A stretch of DNA of 34,473 bases from Chthoniobacterales bacterium (GCA_044355525.1 JBIKXZ010000002.1:1-34473); one strand, 5' to 3'; shown: positions 25,386 to 33,535, numbered from the stretch's first letter. The notes: generated from the sequence alone by a model not told the origin. Made by a program: numbers and translations.

Positions 25386-28007
25386 ATGTCCGCCTGCTGC
25401 CACAGCACCACGACCTGCGACGAGCCGTCCGAGGAACTCGTTCTCAACCGGGAAGCCAAAACTTGGCTGCGCATCGGCATGGCCGGGCTCCTCGCCGCGC
25501 AGGCCATGATTTTCAGCCTCGCGGTCAATATGTCGCCGGTCGAAGGCAACGCGCGCTGGATCCTCCACGGCGCCCTCGCCCTCTCGGCCGTTGGCGTCTT
25601 CCTCCTCGCCGGTCTACCCATCCTGCGTGAGTCATGGGACGCGCTCCGTCACGGCAAGATCGTCTTCGAGCAGTTTTTCCTCGTTGGCATCCTCGGCGCT
25701 TTCTTCGCCTCGGTGCACAGCTCGCTGACCGGCACCGGCAGCGTCTACTACGAAGTCGTCGCCGTCCTCGTCGCCATCTACACCTTCGGCACCATCCTCG
25801 CGCGTCAACGCCGCGATGTCCTGCGGCGCTCCATCGAGAAAATCGGCGCCGCCTTCGATCTTTGCCAGCGCGTCGACTCCGCCGGTCACCGCGAAACAGT
25901 CACCGTCGACCGCATCGAACCCGGGGACGAAGTTCTGGTCGGCGCGGGCGAAGGTATCCCCGTCGACGGACAGGTTTCCGACGGCGTGGCCTTGGTCGAT
26001 GAAGCCGCGCTGACCGGCGAACCTTATCCTGTGGTCAAACGCTCCGGCGACGCGGTGCAAGCCGGCAGCCGGGTGGAAGACAGCACGCTGCGCATCGCCG
26101 CCACGTCGCGCGGACGCTCCCGCCGGCTCGACACCTTGCTGAGCTCGATCGAGGACGCGCGGAAAAATCCCGGACGCATCCAACGCGAGGCCGATCGCCT
26201 TGTTTCGTGGTTTCTTCCCCTCGTCCTGGTTATCGCCGCACTGACCACCCTCGGGTGGACCCTGCACAGCGGTTGGATCACCGGCGTGTTCAACGGCCTC
26301 GCCGTCCTCCTCGTCGCCTGCCCCTGCGCCATGGGCTTGGCAACGCCGGTTGCCATCTGGTCGGCCCTCGCCGCACTGGCCAAACGCGGACTCTTCGCCC
26401 GCGGCGGCGACGCGATCGAAGCACTCGCTTTGATCGACACCGCCGTGTTCGACAAAACCGGAACGCTGAGCGAAAGCGACGCACGTATTGTCGACTTTGT
26501 CGTCGCGCCCGGAGTGGACCGCGCGCAACTGCTGCGCGAAATCGCCGCGGTGCAGACCGGCAGCGGACACCCCATCGCCCGCGCTTTCCGGTCCGCCGCG
26601 GCGGCAGACTCCACACTTCTGGCCCACGCCATCCGCGTGCTGCCGGGCGCAGGCATCGAAGGCACCTTGCCCGACGGCACCGCTCTGCAAATCGGCAACG
26701 ACGGCATCCTCGCTTCCGGCGATCAGCGCGAAACACTTCACGCCCAACTCGCCACGGAGGAAAAGGGCGGGCACGAAATTTTCATCCGCCGCAACGGACG
26801 CCTGTGCGGTCTGGCCGTAGTCCGCGAGTCGCTCCGCGATTCGGCCCGCGAAGCCATGGCGCAGATGAAAACCCTCGGCATCCGCACCATCGTCATGACC
26901 GGCGACCGCGAGGAAAATGCGGCGCGTTTCGGCTTCGACGAATGTCTGGCCGGACTCACCCCCGACGCGAAATTGCGCGAGGTGGAAAAATTGCGCGCGG
27001 CCGGAAACAAAGTCCTCTTCATCGGCGACGGCATCAACGACGCCCCCGCCATGGCCGCGGCCACGGCGAGCATCGCCATGGGGGCGGGCAGCGAGTTGCC
27101 CCGCGAAACGGCTGGACTCGAACTCAACGGCCAAGACCTGCGCGTTGTCCCGCAATCCATCGCTCTCTGCCGCGCTACCGTGCGGGCCATCCGCCGCAAC
27201 ATCGCCTTCGCTGCCTGCTACAACATCTTCGGCATCGGCCTCGCTGCCGCGGGAATCCTCCATCCCATCGCCGCCGCGCTCATCATGCTCATCTCAAGCC
27301 TCACCGTCACCTGGCGCGTGCTGCGCGAAACTTCCGACACCGCGCTGCAGAAAGCCGCGACCGAAGACCGTCCCCTCGCCTCGCGCAAAGTTTGGGATTT
27401 TCCGCAATTCGAACGCGTCATCTTCGCGGTGGCTCTCGCTCTGCAGGGCCCGGTCATCGCGTGGCTCGGCGGGTTCCACGGCGCGGGCGCCGTCGGATTC
27501 ATCGTGCTCTTCCTCGCCGCCGCGGCTGCCGCCCTGCTCTGGTCGCGCGAACGCGCATGGTCACCCGCCGCGCGCATGACCATGGCCATGTTCAGTGTCG
27601 GCGGACTCGCCATGCTCGCCGGCTGGTGGGCCGACGCCGGATTCGCCGCCGTGGTGCGCGATGGCGTTTGTCTCTGCGGCTGCGCGCAATCCAACATGGG
27701 CCTCGGACTCCTCGCCAAATTCACTTGGATGGACGCGGGCATGCTCCTCGCCGCGTTGCCGGGACTGTTCGTCGACAAAGACATCTTCCGGTCCGTCTCC
27801 TCGCGCGTTTGGTGCTGGATCGCGGGACTGGTCGGCATGTTTCTCGGCATGGAAATCGGCGCCATCGCGTTGGCGGGACTGCCTGTCGATGCAAAATCCG
27901 CCTCGGCCCAGTTCTTCCTCACCTTCGCCGCCATGGTCCTCGGGATGTGCGTGGGCATGCTGGCTGGTTGTGAAGTCGCGCGACGTTTGGCACTGCGCCA
28001 ACGATGA
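25386..28007 (+). CDS. P1B-type (Cu(I)-like) heavy-metal translocating ATPase with an extra C-terminal polytopic membrane domain
   Basis: 873 aa. P-type motifs are LTGEPYPV, VACPCAMGLATP (CPC), FDKTGTLS, MTGDREENA and GDGINDAPAMAAA. The TM signatures YN(x)... and MLISS are of the Cu(I) P1B-1 type. The N-terminus is Cys/His-rich (MSACCHSTTTCDE) with no HMA fold visible. Residues ~650-873 add about 6 hydrophobic helices and a CLCGC motif. Confidence 0.88.
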   Translation: MSACCHSTTTCDEPSEELVLNREAKTWLRIGMAGLLAAQAMIFSLAVNMSPVEGNARWILHGALALSAVGVFLLAGLPILRESWDALRHGKIVFEQFFLVGILGAFFASVHSSLTGTGSVYYEVVAVLVAIYTFGTILARQRRDVLRRSIEKIGAAFDLCQRVDSAGHRETVTVDRIEPGDEVLVGAGEGIPVDGQVSDGVALVDEAALTGEPYPVVKRSGDAVQAGSRVEDSTLRIAATSRGRSRRLDTLLSSIEDARKNPGRIQREADRLVSWFLPLVLVIAALTTLGWTLHSGWITGVFNGLAVLLVACPCAMGLATPVAIWSALAALAKRGLFARGGDAIEALALIDTAVFDKTGTLSESDARIVDFVVAPGVDRAQLLREIAAVQTGSGHPIARAFRSAAAADSTLLAHAIRVLPGAGIEGTLPDGTALQIGNDGILASGDQRETLHAQLATEEKGGHEIFIRRNGRLCGLAVVRESLRDSAREAMAQMKTLGIRTIVMTGDREENAARFGFDECLAGLTPDAKLREVEKLRAAGNKVLFIGDGINDAPAMAAATASIAMGAGSELPRETAGLELNGQDLRVVPQSIALCRATVRAIRRNIAFAACYNIFGIGLAAAGILHPIAAALIMLISSLTVTWRVLRETSDTALQKAATEDRPLASRKVWDFPQFERVIFAVALALQGPVIAWLGGFHGAGAVGFIVLFLAAAAAALLWSRERAWSPAARMTMAMFSVGGLAMLAGWWADAGFAAVVRDGVCLCGCAQSNMGLGLLAKFTWMDAGMLLAALPGLFVDKDIFRSVSSRVWCWIAGLVGMFLGMEIGAIALAGLPVDAKSASAQFFLTFAAMVLGMCVGMLAGCEVARRLALRQR

Positions 28008-29257
28008 TACGGCCGGTATCCATCCTCGCAGCTGCACTCCTGAGCGCCGTCGCGGCGAGGGCACAGCAAAACGTCGAGCAAACGCCGCAACCTTGGACCC
28101 AATGGGATCTCGCAACCGGAGATTGGAACCGCAACCGCGCACTGCTTGAAGATCGGGGCGCGAAGTTTCTCGCGACTTACACGTCGCAAGTCTGGGGGAA
28201 TGTGGCGGGGGGCGTGCAGCGCGGTGCGACTTATACCGGTGTCATGCAGTTCGGTTTGGAACTGGATTTCGAAAAAATGTATGGATGGAAAGGAACATCG
28301 TTCAACACGACGTGGGTATGGATCGCGGGGGGAAGTCCGACCACAGATCTGACCGGCGCGCTGTTTCCCTCCAGCGGCGCGGAAGGTCCGGCCGGATTCC
28401 GCGCGCTCGACCTCTGGCTGCAGCAAAAGTTTTTCGACGATGTGCTCACCGTGCGTGCAGGTCTGTTCAATGCCGACCGCGACTTCACCATTTCGGAGGG
28501 TTGCCAGCTTATGCTCAACAGCGCCACGGGTTGGCCGCTCATCTACGACGGCAAGCTCGGAGGTCAGCCGGCCTATCCATTTGCCTCGCCCGGCATCTAC
28601 GCGGCGCTGGAGCCCGGCGGTGGCTGGAAATTCCAGGCAGCGGCCATGCAAGGCGTTGTTTGGCCGCAGGCGGAAAACCCGACGAATTTTTATTGGCGCT
28701 TCACCCGCGACAATGGCGTCCTTTTCCTGGGCGAAGCGCAATACGAATGGAAAGGCGCGGCCCTGCCCGGCACGGTCAAGCTGGGTGCAATGTTCGAAAC
28801 CGGCTACCCGGACTATGTCGACCAAGACGGAGGCGCGTGGGGGGGATCGTTTTTCTACGGCATCATCGACCAGATGCTCTGGCGCGAGCCCGGCACGGAT
28901 GCTGATTCATCGCAGGGTTTCGCATGGTACAACCGCACCGGCTTCGGAGGAACTCCGGACCGCGATCCGCTCGGCATGCTCTTCAATTCCGGGCTCACTT
29001 GGACCGGGTTGATCGAGGGACGGGATGACGATGCCATCGGGCTTGGCATGGTCTGGACGCGGCTCACTCCGGGCCAAGCCGCGCAGTTGGAAGGCTCCAA
29101 CCGCGGCAACGAATTCGTTGTCGAGGCGACCTACGAGGCACAGCTCACGCCGTGGTTCGAACTGCAGCCCGACATCCAATTTGTCATCCAACCCGGCGGC
29201 AGCACCGCGCTTGCCAATGCGTTGGTCATCGGTCTGAGCGCGACGATCGATTTCTGA
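28004..29257 (+). CDS. outer-membrane porin, OprB (carbohydrate-selective porin) family-like
   Basis: 417 aa. It has a signal peptide (MIRPVSILAAALLSAVAARAQQ), an aromatic/Gly-rich alternating beta-strand pattern, the motif LDLWLQQKFFDDVLTVRAGLFNADRDF, and a C-terminal ...GLSATIDF ending in Phe. Its ATG overlaps the ATPase stop (ATGA). Confidence 0.72.
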   Translation: MIRPVSILAAALLSAVAARAQQNVEQTPQPWTQWDLATGDWNRNRALLEDRGAKFLATYTSQVWGNVAGGVQRGATYTGVMQFGLELDFEKMYGWKGTSFNTTWVWIAGGSPTTDLTGALFPSSGAEGPAGFRALDLWLQQKFFDDVLTVRAGLFNADRDFTISEGCQLMLNSATGWPLIYDGKLGGQPAYPFASPGIYAALEPGGGWKFQAAAMQGVVWPQAENPTNFYWRFTRDNGVLFLGEAQYEWKGAALPGTVKLGAMFETGYPDYVDQDGGAWGGSFFYGIIDQMLWREPGTDADSSQGFAWYNRTGFGGTPDRDPLGMLFNSGLTWTGLIEGRDDDAIGLGMVWTRLTPGQAAQLEGSNRGNEFVVEATYEAQLTPWFELQPDIQFVIQPGGSTALANALVIGLSATIDF

Positions 29258-29263
29258 GATCCG

Positions 29264-30277
29264 TCAGCGGTGCAGTGTTCCGTTTTCGCGTGCCGCCTCG
29301 ATGTAAATCGGCGGCAGCGCAATGCCGCGATCGGCCATCCGGCTTTGCCGCACTGCCACTTCGAAATGGTCGGATACCACCGGCGGCGGCGCGCCGGGCG
29401 TGTCGCGATCATCGAGCCAATCGAGCGCCAACTCGATTGCCTTTTCCCCGTAGTCGTCCGGCGGCGGGGAGAAACTCAGGCCGCCACCGTCGGCCACGAA
29501 ATCAACCTCCGTGCCAATGGGCAAAGCGGGCGCATTCTCCTCGGTCCAGCGGTTGATCTCCCCCGCCGTCATCGCGCCGTATTCGTCGGGCAGATCCTTT
29601 GTCCCGAGCAGGAGGAGGATGTCCTCGGCGCCCGTGCGTTTGACAAATTCATACCACCCTGCGGCCTGCGTGACCAATGCGGTCTCGCCAAGTTGGAGCG
29701 GCGCCCATGCAAACGCCTTCGCCTGCTCCATTTCGGCACGACCCGTTTCGCCTTCGACTCCGAGGACATGAACCCGCGGGTTGCGCCCGGGAAACATCGC
29801 AACCACCGCATCACGGATTGCAGCCAAAGGCATTTGCTCGGAAATGCCGGAAACATTCGTCGCGCCCGCGTAGCCGAGATCCGCGGGCGGACGATTCAGC
29901 GAGACATAAAGGATGCGTGGACGCGCGCGGCCGGCGTAATCCCGGGCCAAGAGGGAATTTGCTTCATCATCCACGGCAATGAGCACGTCGGGATTAAACC
30001 GCGCCATGGCACGTCGCGCCTGCGCTAAAGCCTCGCCGGTGCGGTTCCGGGCCGCCGGAGAGTCGACGCCGAGATAGTTCCACTCCACGGCAAGAGGACG
30101 CCGGTTGCGGTCGAGCGCCTGCCGTATGCCGCGATCCATCTCCTGCGCCCACGTGGAATCCGCCGCCGCCGAGTGGAACACGAGGATGCGGGGCTTGGTT
30201 GCGTTGAAAAATCCCAGCAGGATGACAAACGCCGCGATAAAGCCGCCGATCAACAGGTTTTTCCAGAGCTTGGTCAT
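29264..30277 (-). CDS. secreted periplasmic-binding-protein-fold protein (ABC_sub_bind / PF04392-like)
   Basis: Track ORF 29264..30301, trimmed to the ATG at 30277, which overlaps the upstream stop (ATGA). It has a signal peptide or anchor (MTKLWKNLLIGGFIAAFVILLGFFNA). The layout ILVFHS..W...PDVLIAVDDEANS...ILYVSLN..NVSGISE...VHVLGVEGETGRAE...LPIGT..FVADGGGLSF..DYGEKAIELALDWL matches the type-1 PBP family as I recall it. Confidence 0.62.
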   Translation of the reverse strand: MTKLWKNLLIGGFIAAFVILLGFFNATKPRILVFHSAAADSTWAQEMDRGIRQALDRNRRPLAVEWNYLGVDSPAARNRTGEALAQARRAMARFNPDVLIAVDDEANSLLARDYAGRARPRILYVSLNRPPADLGYAGATNVSGISEQMPLAAIRDAVVAMFPGRNPRVHVLGVEGETGRAEMEQAKAFAWAPLQLGETALVTQAAGWYEFVKRTGAEDILLLLGTKDLPDEYGAMTAGEINRWTEENAPALPIGTEVDFVADGGGLSFSPPPDDYGEKAIELALDWLDDRDTPGAPPPVVSDHFEVAVRQSRMADRGIALPPIYIEAARENGTLHR

Positions 30278-31944
30278 AGCAGTCCGAGCCATTGCCACCA
30301 CGGGATGGATGCGAAGACGGCGGCGATCCGCGCGGCATTCATGAGGAAATGATAGCGCATGAACCCGCGTTCATCGGCCATTCCAAACAAGCCCGAGGAG
30401 TGGATTTGCAGGATTCCGTTGGTTCCTTGGTGACGGAAAAACGAGATGTCGCTGAAAATCGCCGTGCAGAAGATGCAGATCCACGGATTGATCCCCTGCG
30501 CCGCGGCGACCGGAAGGAGAATGATGGCGGAAGTCAGCATACCCGCCGTGACGGGGAGCACCAACCGCACGGTCATCGTGGTGGCCAGCACCGCGAGGAT
30601 GAAGAGCGCGATCTGTCCGTCGATGAAGCCGTAGACTGCGCCCACCCCGTTGGCCAGCGCTTGGGCCAACCCGAGGTGGTTCATGATCCGCATCATGCTG
30701 TCGATCCCGAGCAGAAAAAAAATCATCGGCCAATCGATCTGTTGCTGGAAATCCTTGCGCAGCAGCGTTCCGGTCAGGAGCAAACCGAGCAAGACGCATC
30801 CGGCGAGGTAAGCAGGCGGCACGTGGTGCCAGGACACCGTCGCGCAACCCACGAGGAAAAAGATGAAGCCGGCCGCAGCAATCCATTCGGACGGCTTCGG
30901 CGGTCCCATGGCCGCCAGTTGTTCCTCGAGGTTTTCCCTCGGCAAAGGCGCTTCTTCCCCGGTGGGAAAAAGACGTGGCACGACGAGCAAATGCGCGACC
31001 GTGACAACGAGCGCTGCCGTTGCTGCAGCCACCAGCCAGAAGAAGCCGCTGAATTCCGCCTGCACCTGCGCGGGAAGGAGACTGAGCCCAGCGATGTTCG
31101 ACGACTTGCTGGTCGCCATCATGGGCGAAAAGAGAAGCGCACCGCCGAACATCGCGGCAAGCAGCGCGGTGACGGCCGGGCCCCGCGGCGACAGCTTCAG
31201 CCCGTTCGCCATGTCCTTGAACAAGGGCGTGAGCAAAGAGAGTCGGGTGTTCGCCGAGGGAATGAGCGGCGAGAGGGCATAGCCCGAAAAAAGCAGCGCT
31301 GCTTGGTGCCAGAACGGTTTGTCCGGCAGGCGCAGAAGCAAACGCAGCATGAGACGATAGCTCAGTCCGGATGAGCTGATCACGGCCGATAGGGCGAACA
31401 CACCGAGCAGCAGCAAAAGACTCGGGGAGGAGAACCCGGCCAGTGCGACGTTCGAAGGAGCCAGACCGATAAAGAGCGCCGCCACCACGACGACGAGGGT
31501 CGGGACGAATTCCTCCACGACACCGAAGACCCACAAAAGCACCGCCGCGGCGAGCATCGCGGTAAAGATGGCCGCTTCGACTCCCAGCCCTGACGCCAAG
31601 CCAAGAACGTAAACTAGCGGCGGCAAAACGAAGACTGATACCCAACCGGCAAGGATACTCAAAGGGACGGCGCCGTGCGCGACGCGCCGACGCCAAAACG
31701 CGATGGCCAGCATCAAGCCCGCTAGGGCAGCGAGCAAAGCAAAGACCGGCCAATGCGCAGCCAGCACCTCGTAAAAGCGGACACCCATAAAGACGTCCGG
31801 CATATCTATCCCAAAGCAACACGGCGAACGCAGCAAAATCCCCACACCCGTGACTCCTATCATCAACCGCATCAACTTCTCTGCAAGGTAGGGCGCGGCG
31901 TCCCCGACGCGCCGGGCCCCTAAAAGGACCGCCGCTACAACCAT
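30274..31944 (-). CDS. ion-transporter-superfamily permease (SLC13/DASS- or ArsB/NhaD-like anion permease)
   Basis: 556 aa with more than 12 hydrophobic helices in two repeated halves separated by a short polar loop (PTGEEAPLPRENLEEQLAAMGPPKPSEW). It has SNT-like hairpin-tip motifs (LIPSANTRLSLLTP, HQGTNGIL). The start is uncertain; alternatives are 31872 and 31803. Confidence 0.68.
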   Translation of the reverse strand: MVVAAVLLGARRVGDAAPYLAEKLMRLMIGVTGVGILLRSPCCFGIDMPDVFMGVRFYEVLAAHWPVFALLAALAGLMLAIAFWRRRVAHGAVPLSILAGWVSVFVLPPLVYVLGLASGLGVEAAIFTAMLAAAVLLWVFGVVEEFVPTLVVVVAALFIGLAPSNVALAGFSSPSLLLLLGVFALSAVISSSGLSYRLMLRLLLRLPDKPFWHQAALLFSGYALSPLIPSANTRLSLLTPLFKDMANGLKLSPRGPAVTALLAAMFGGALLFSPMMATSKSSNIAGLSLLPAQVQAEFSGFFWLVAAATAALVVTVAHLLVVPRLFPTGEEAPLPRENLEEQLAAMGPPKPSEWIAAAGFIFFLVGCATVSWHHVPPAYLAGCVLLGLLLTGTLLRKDFQQQIDWPMIFFLLGIDSMMRIMNHLGLAQALANGVGAVYGFIDGQIALFILAVLATTMTVRLVLPVTAGMLTSAIILLPVAAAQGINPWICIFCTAIFSDISFFRHQGTNGILQIHSSGLFGMADERGFMRYHFLMNAARIAAVFASIPWWQWLGLL

Positions 31945-31996
31945 CCAAGCTGTGATGGCATCATCGCATCCCGCATGCTAACTTCCGCCTCGCTTC

Positions 31997-32068
31997 GCCC
32001 CGATAGTTCAACGGATAGAACGGAGGTTTCCTAAACCTTAAATCTGGGTTCGATTCCCGGTCGGGGCA
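31997..32068 (+). tRNA. tRNA-Arg (anticodon CCT)
   Basis: 72-nt cloverleaf folded by hand. Acceptor GCCCCGA/TCGGGGC, D stem GTTC/GAAC, anticodon stem GAGGT/ACCTT with loop TTCCTAA, T arm CTGGG-TTCGATT-CCCGG, discriminator A. CCA is not encoded. Confidence 0.85.
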
Positions 32069-32273
32069 AAAATTTTGAGGGGTCGCCCCGCCGATGTCCC
32101 ACCCCCTGTGTTCTGCTCGCGGGCGTGAACACATTAATAGACCTCCTCTTCGTCCTCCTCGCCGCCACTGTCGCCGTTTCCACTCTTCTGCTCCTCGCGG
32201 AATTGTGGGGCAGCACGCGACGCTGATCCGGTCCGGAAAATTCGACCGTTCGGCAGCTCTCCTGTTCCAGGCC

Positions 32274-32777
32274 CTACAGCACTTCAATGTCTTCGGGCCG
32301 ATAAACGGCCAGTCCGCCCACGCCATCGAAATAGGTGTCGGCGGTGGCAATATCGTGCAGACCGAGCCTTCGGGCGACGGCAAGATTCAGCGAATCATTG
32401 GTCAGCAAACCGTGCGCCTGCTGAAACTCCAGCGCCGGATGAAAATCCGCCGGCTGCACCGCCTCGGCAAACAAGCCGCCCCCCAAGAGAGCGCGAACCT
32501 CCTCGGCATGCGTGGAGAGTTTGCGGACCGTGGCAGGTTTCCTTCCCAGTTCCTTGGCCGGATTGGAAGACACAAGCCCGCGCGACCGCGCCTCCATCAT
32601 CATCCGCCGATGACAGATCTCGGCCGCGACGATCGTGGTGATCCATCCTTCCACGTGGCCCGACGCGCAACGCGCAAGAAAGGCGCGACATTGTTCCGAC
32701 TGACCCGCCAACGTGTAGAGAATGATGTTGGCATCCACGAACACCCGCGTGCCATCGGGGATCTTCGTCAGCTTCAT
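32274..32777 (-). CDS. vapC: PIN-domain ribonuclease toxin (VapC-like)
   Basis: 167 aa. The acidic PIN residues sit in the usual contexts: VFVDANIILY, TTIVAAEICH, LLTNDSLNLAV, DIATADTYF. Its start overlaps the upstream antitoxin stop by 4 nt. Confidence 0.8.
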   Translation of the reverse strand: MKLTKIPDGTRVFVDANIILYTLAGQSEQCRAFLARCASGHVEGWITTIVAAEICHRRMMMEARSRGLVSSNPAKELGRKPATVRKLSTHAEEVRALLGGGLFAEAVQPADFHPALEFQQAHGLLTNDSLNLAVARRLGLHDIATADTYFDGVGGLAVYRPEDIEVL

Positions 32778-33043
32778 TGATCCCAGTAGTCCGCTTCCAT
32801 GCTTTCGCGAAACTGACGGCCTGTGACGCGAAACGAGGGGGCATTCAGCAAACGCGCCAAGCCGTTGCCCGCGCTCCCGGCCGCGGGGCGAGCGAGGTAT
32901 TCCGCCACAGCCTCCTGGATAAGATCGGCCACCGGCCGCCGCTCCCGCGCAGAAGCCATCTTCAAATTGCGGAAAACGCTCTCTTCCATCTGCGTGCCGA
33001 TCTTGATTTTCCGCGCGGCGGCGGACTGGGAATTTGCGGCCAT
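32774..33043 (-). CDS. ribbon-helix-helix (CopG/Arc-like) antitoxin
   Basis: Track ORF 32774..33142, trimmed to the ATG at 33043 (MAANSQSAAARKIKIGTQMEESVFRNLKMASARERRPVADLIQEAVAEYL), giving 89 aa. It shows a beta-strand/helix/helix pattern and is coupled to the PIN gene. Confidence 0.62.
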   Translation of the reverse strand: MAANSQSAAARKIKIGTQMEESVFRNLKMASARERRPVADLIQEAVAEYLARPAAGSAGNGLARLLNAPSFRVTGRQFRESMEADYWDQ

Positions 33044-33065
33044 AAATCTAGCTGTATCTAGATTT
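33044..33065. promoter_or_regulatory. candidate operator of the toxin-antitoxin operon
   Basis: A perfect 8-bp inverted repeat, AAATCTAG-ctgtat-CTAGATTT, abuts the antitoxin start codon. RHH antitoxins typically autoregulate through such palindromes. Confidence 0.35.
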
Positions 33066-33177
33066 CTTGATCTGTCTACTCGTAAGTGCGCAATCAGGAC
33101 GCCCGCGCGCCGTTTGAAGGACTTCTCCACAGCTTGCGGCATGGCACCCGGCCGTGTTTAATTACGACTTCTTTTCA

Positions 33178-33265
33178 GGATGGGTGGCAGAGTGGTCGAT
33201 TGCGCACGCTTGGAAAGCGTGTGTGCAGCAATGCACCGAGGGTTCGAATCCCTCCCCATCCGCCA
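33178..33265 (+). tRNA. tRNA-Ser (anticodon GGA), CCA encoded
   Basis: 88 nt. Acceptor GGATGGG/CCCATCC, anticodon stem CACGC/GCGTG with loop TTGGAAA, long variable arm (TGTGCAGCAATGCACCG), T arm GAGGG-TTCGAAT-CCCTC, then G-CCA. Confidence 0.88.
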
Positions 33266-33535
33266 TTTGCCGAAGGCAACTTGAAACCACCACTGGGATG
33301 AAGAACGCAGTTCGAGCCGAGCGCAGCGAGACAGCCGGAGCGCAGCGCAGGCAATCCCTCCCCATCCGTTTTTTCTCACGGGGATTTGAACCCTCGGGTT
33401 CGAGCCGTCAGACAGGTCGAGCATCGCGAGACCAATCCCTCCCCATCCGCCACCTGCTGAAGGCAGCTCGAAACCCCAGCTTCGAGCCGCGAGACAGGTT
33501 GCCCCGGCGACCAATCCCCTATCCGCCGGATGCCT
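33266..33535 (+). repeat. three degenerate tandem units (about 106, 81 and 79 nt) each ending in a copy of the tRNA-Ser T-loop-to-3'-end segment
   Basis: The tRNA segment AATCCCTCCCCATCCGCCA (33247-33265) recurs as AATCCCTCCCCATCCG (33353), AATCCCTCCCCATCCGCCA (33434) and AATCCCCTATCCGCC (33513). Each copy is preceded 33-43 nt upstream by GTTCGAGCCG (33310, 33398, 33480). The spacer hairpins are TTGCCgaaGGCAA and CTGCtgaagGCAG. Confidence 0.6.

Noticed and set aside
25632-28825. Minus-strand ORFs 25632..27263 (543 aa) and 27218..28825 (535 aa)
   Set aside because: They are antisense to the P-type ATPase and the porin. They have no family motifs, whereas the plus-strand products contain DKTGT, CPC and GDGINDAP and a signal peptide/beta-barrel.
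31961-32383. 140-aa minus-strand ORF and 61-aa ORF 32031..32216
   Set aside because: They overlap tRNA-Arg in antisense. I also examined a third frame that ends in an acidic tail (...GGEEDEEEVY), but it has no start codon after the preceding in-frame stop.
33247-33535. Possible CRISPR array
   Set aside because: The repeat units are 79-106 nt long, degenerate and derived from the tRNA 3' end. There is no regular short repeat/spacer structure and there are no cas genes in the window.
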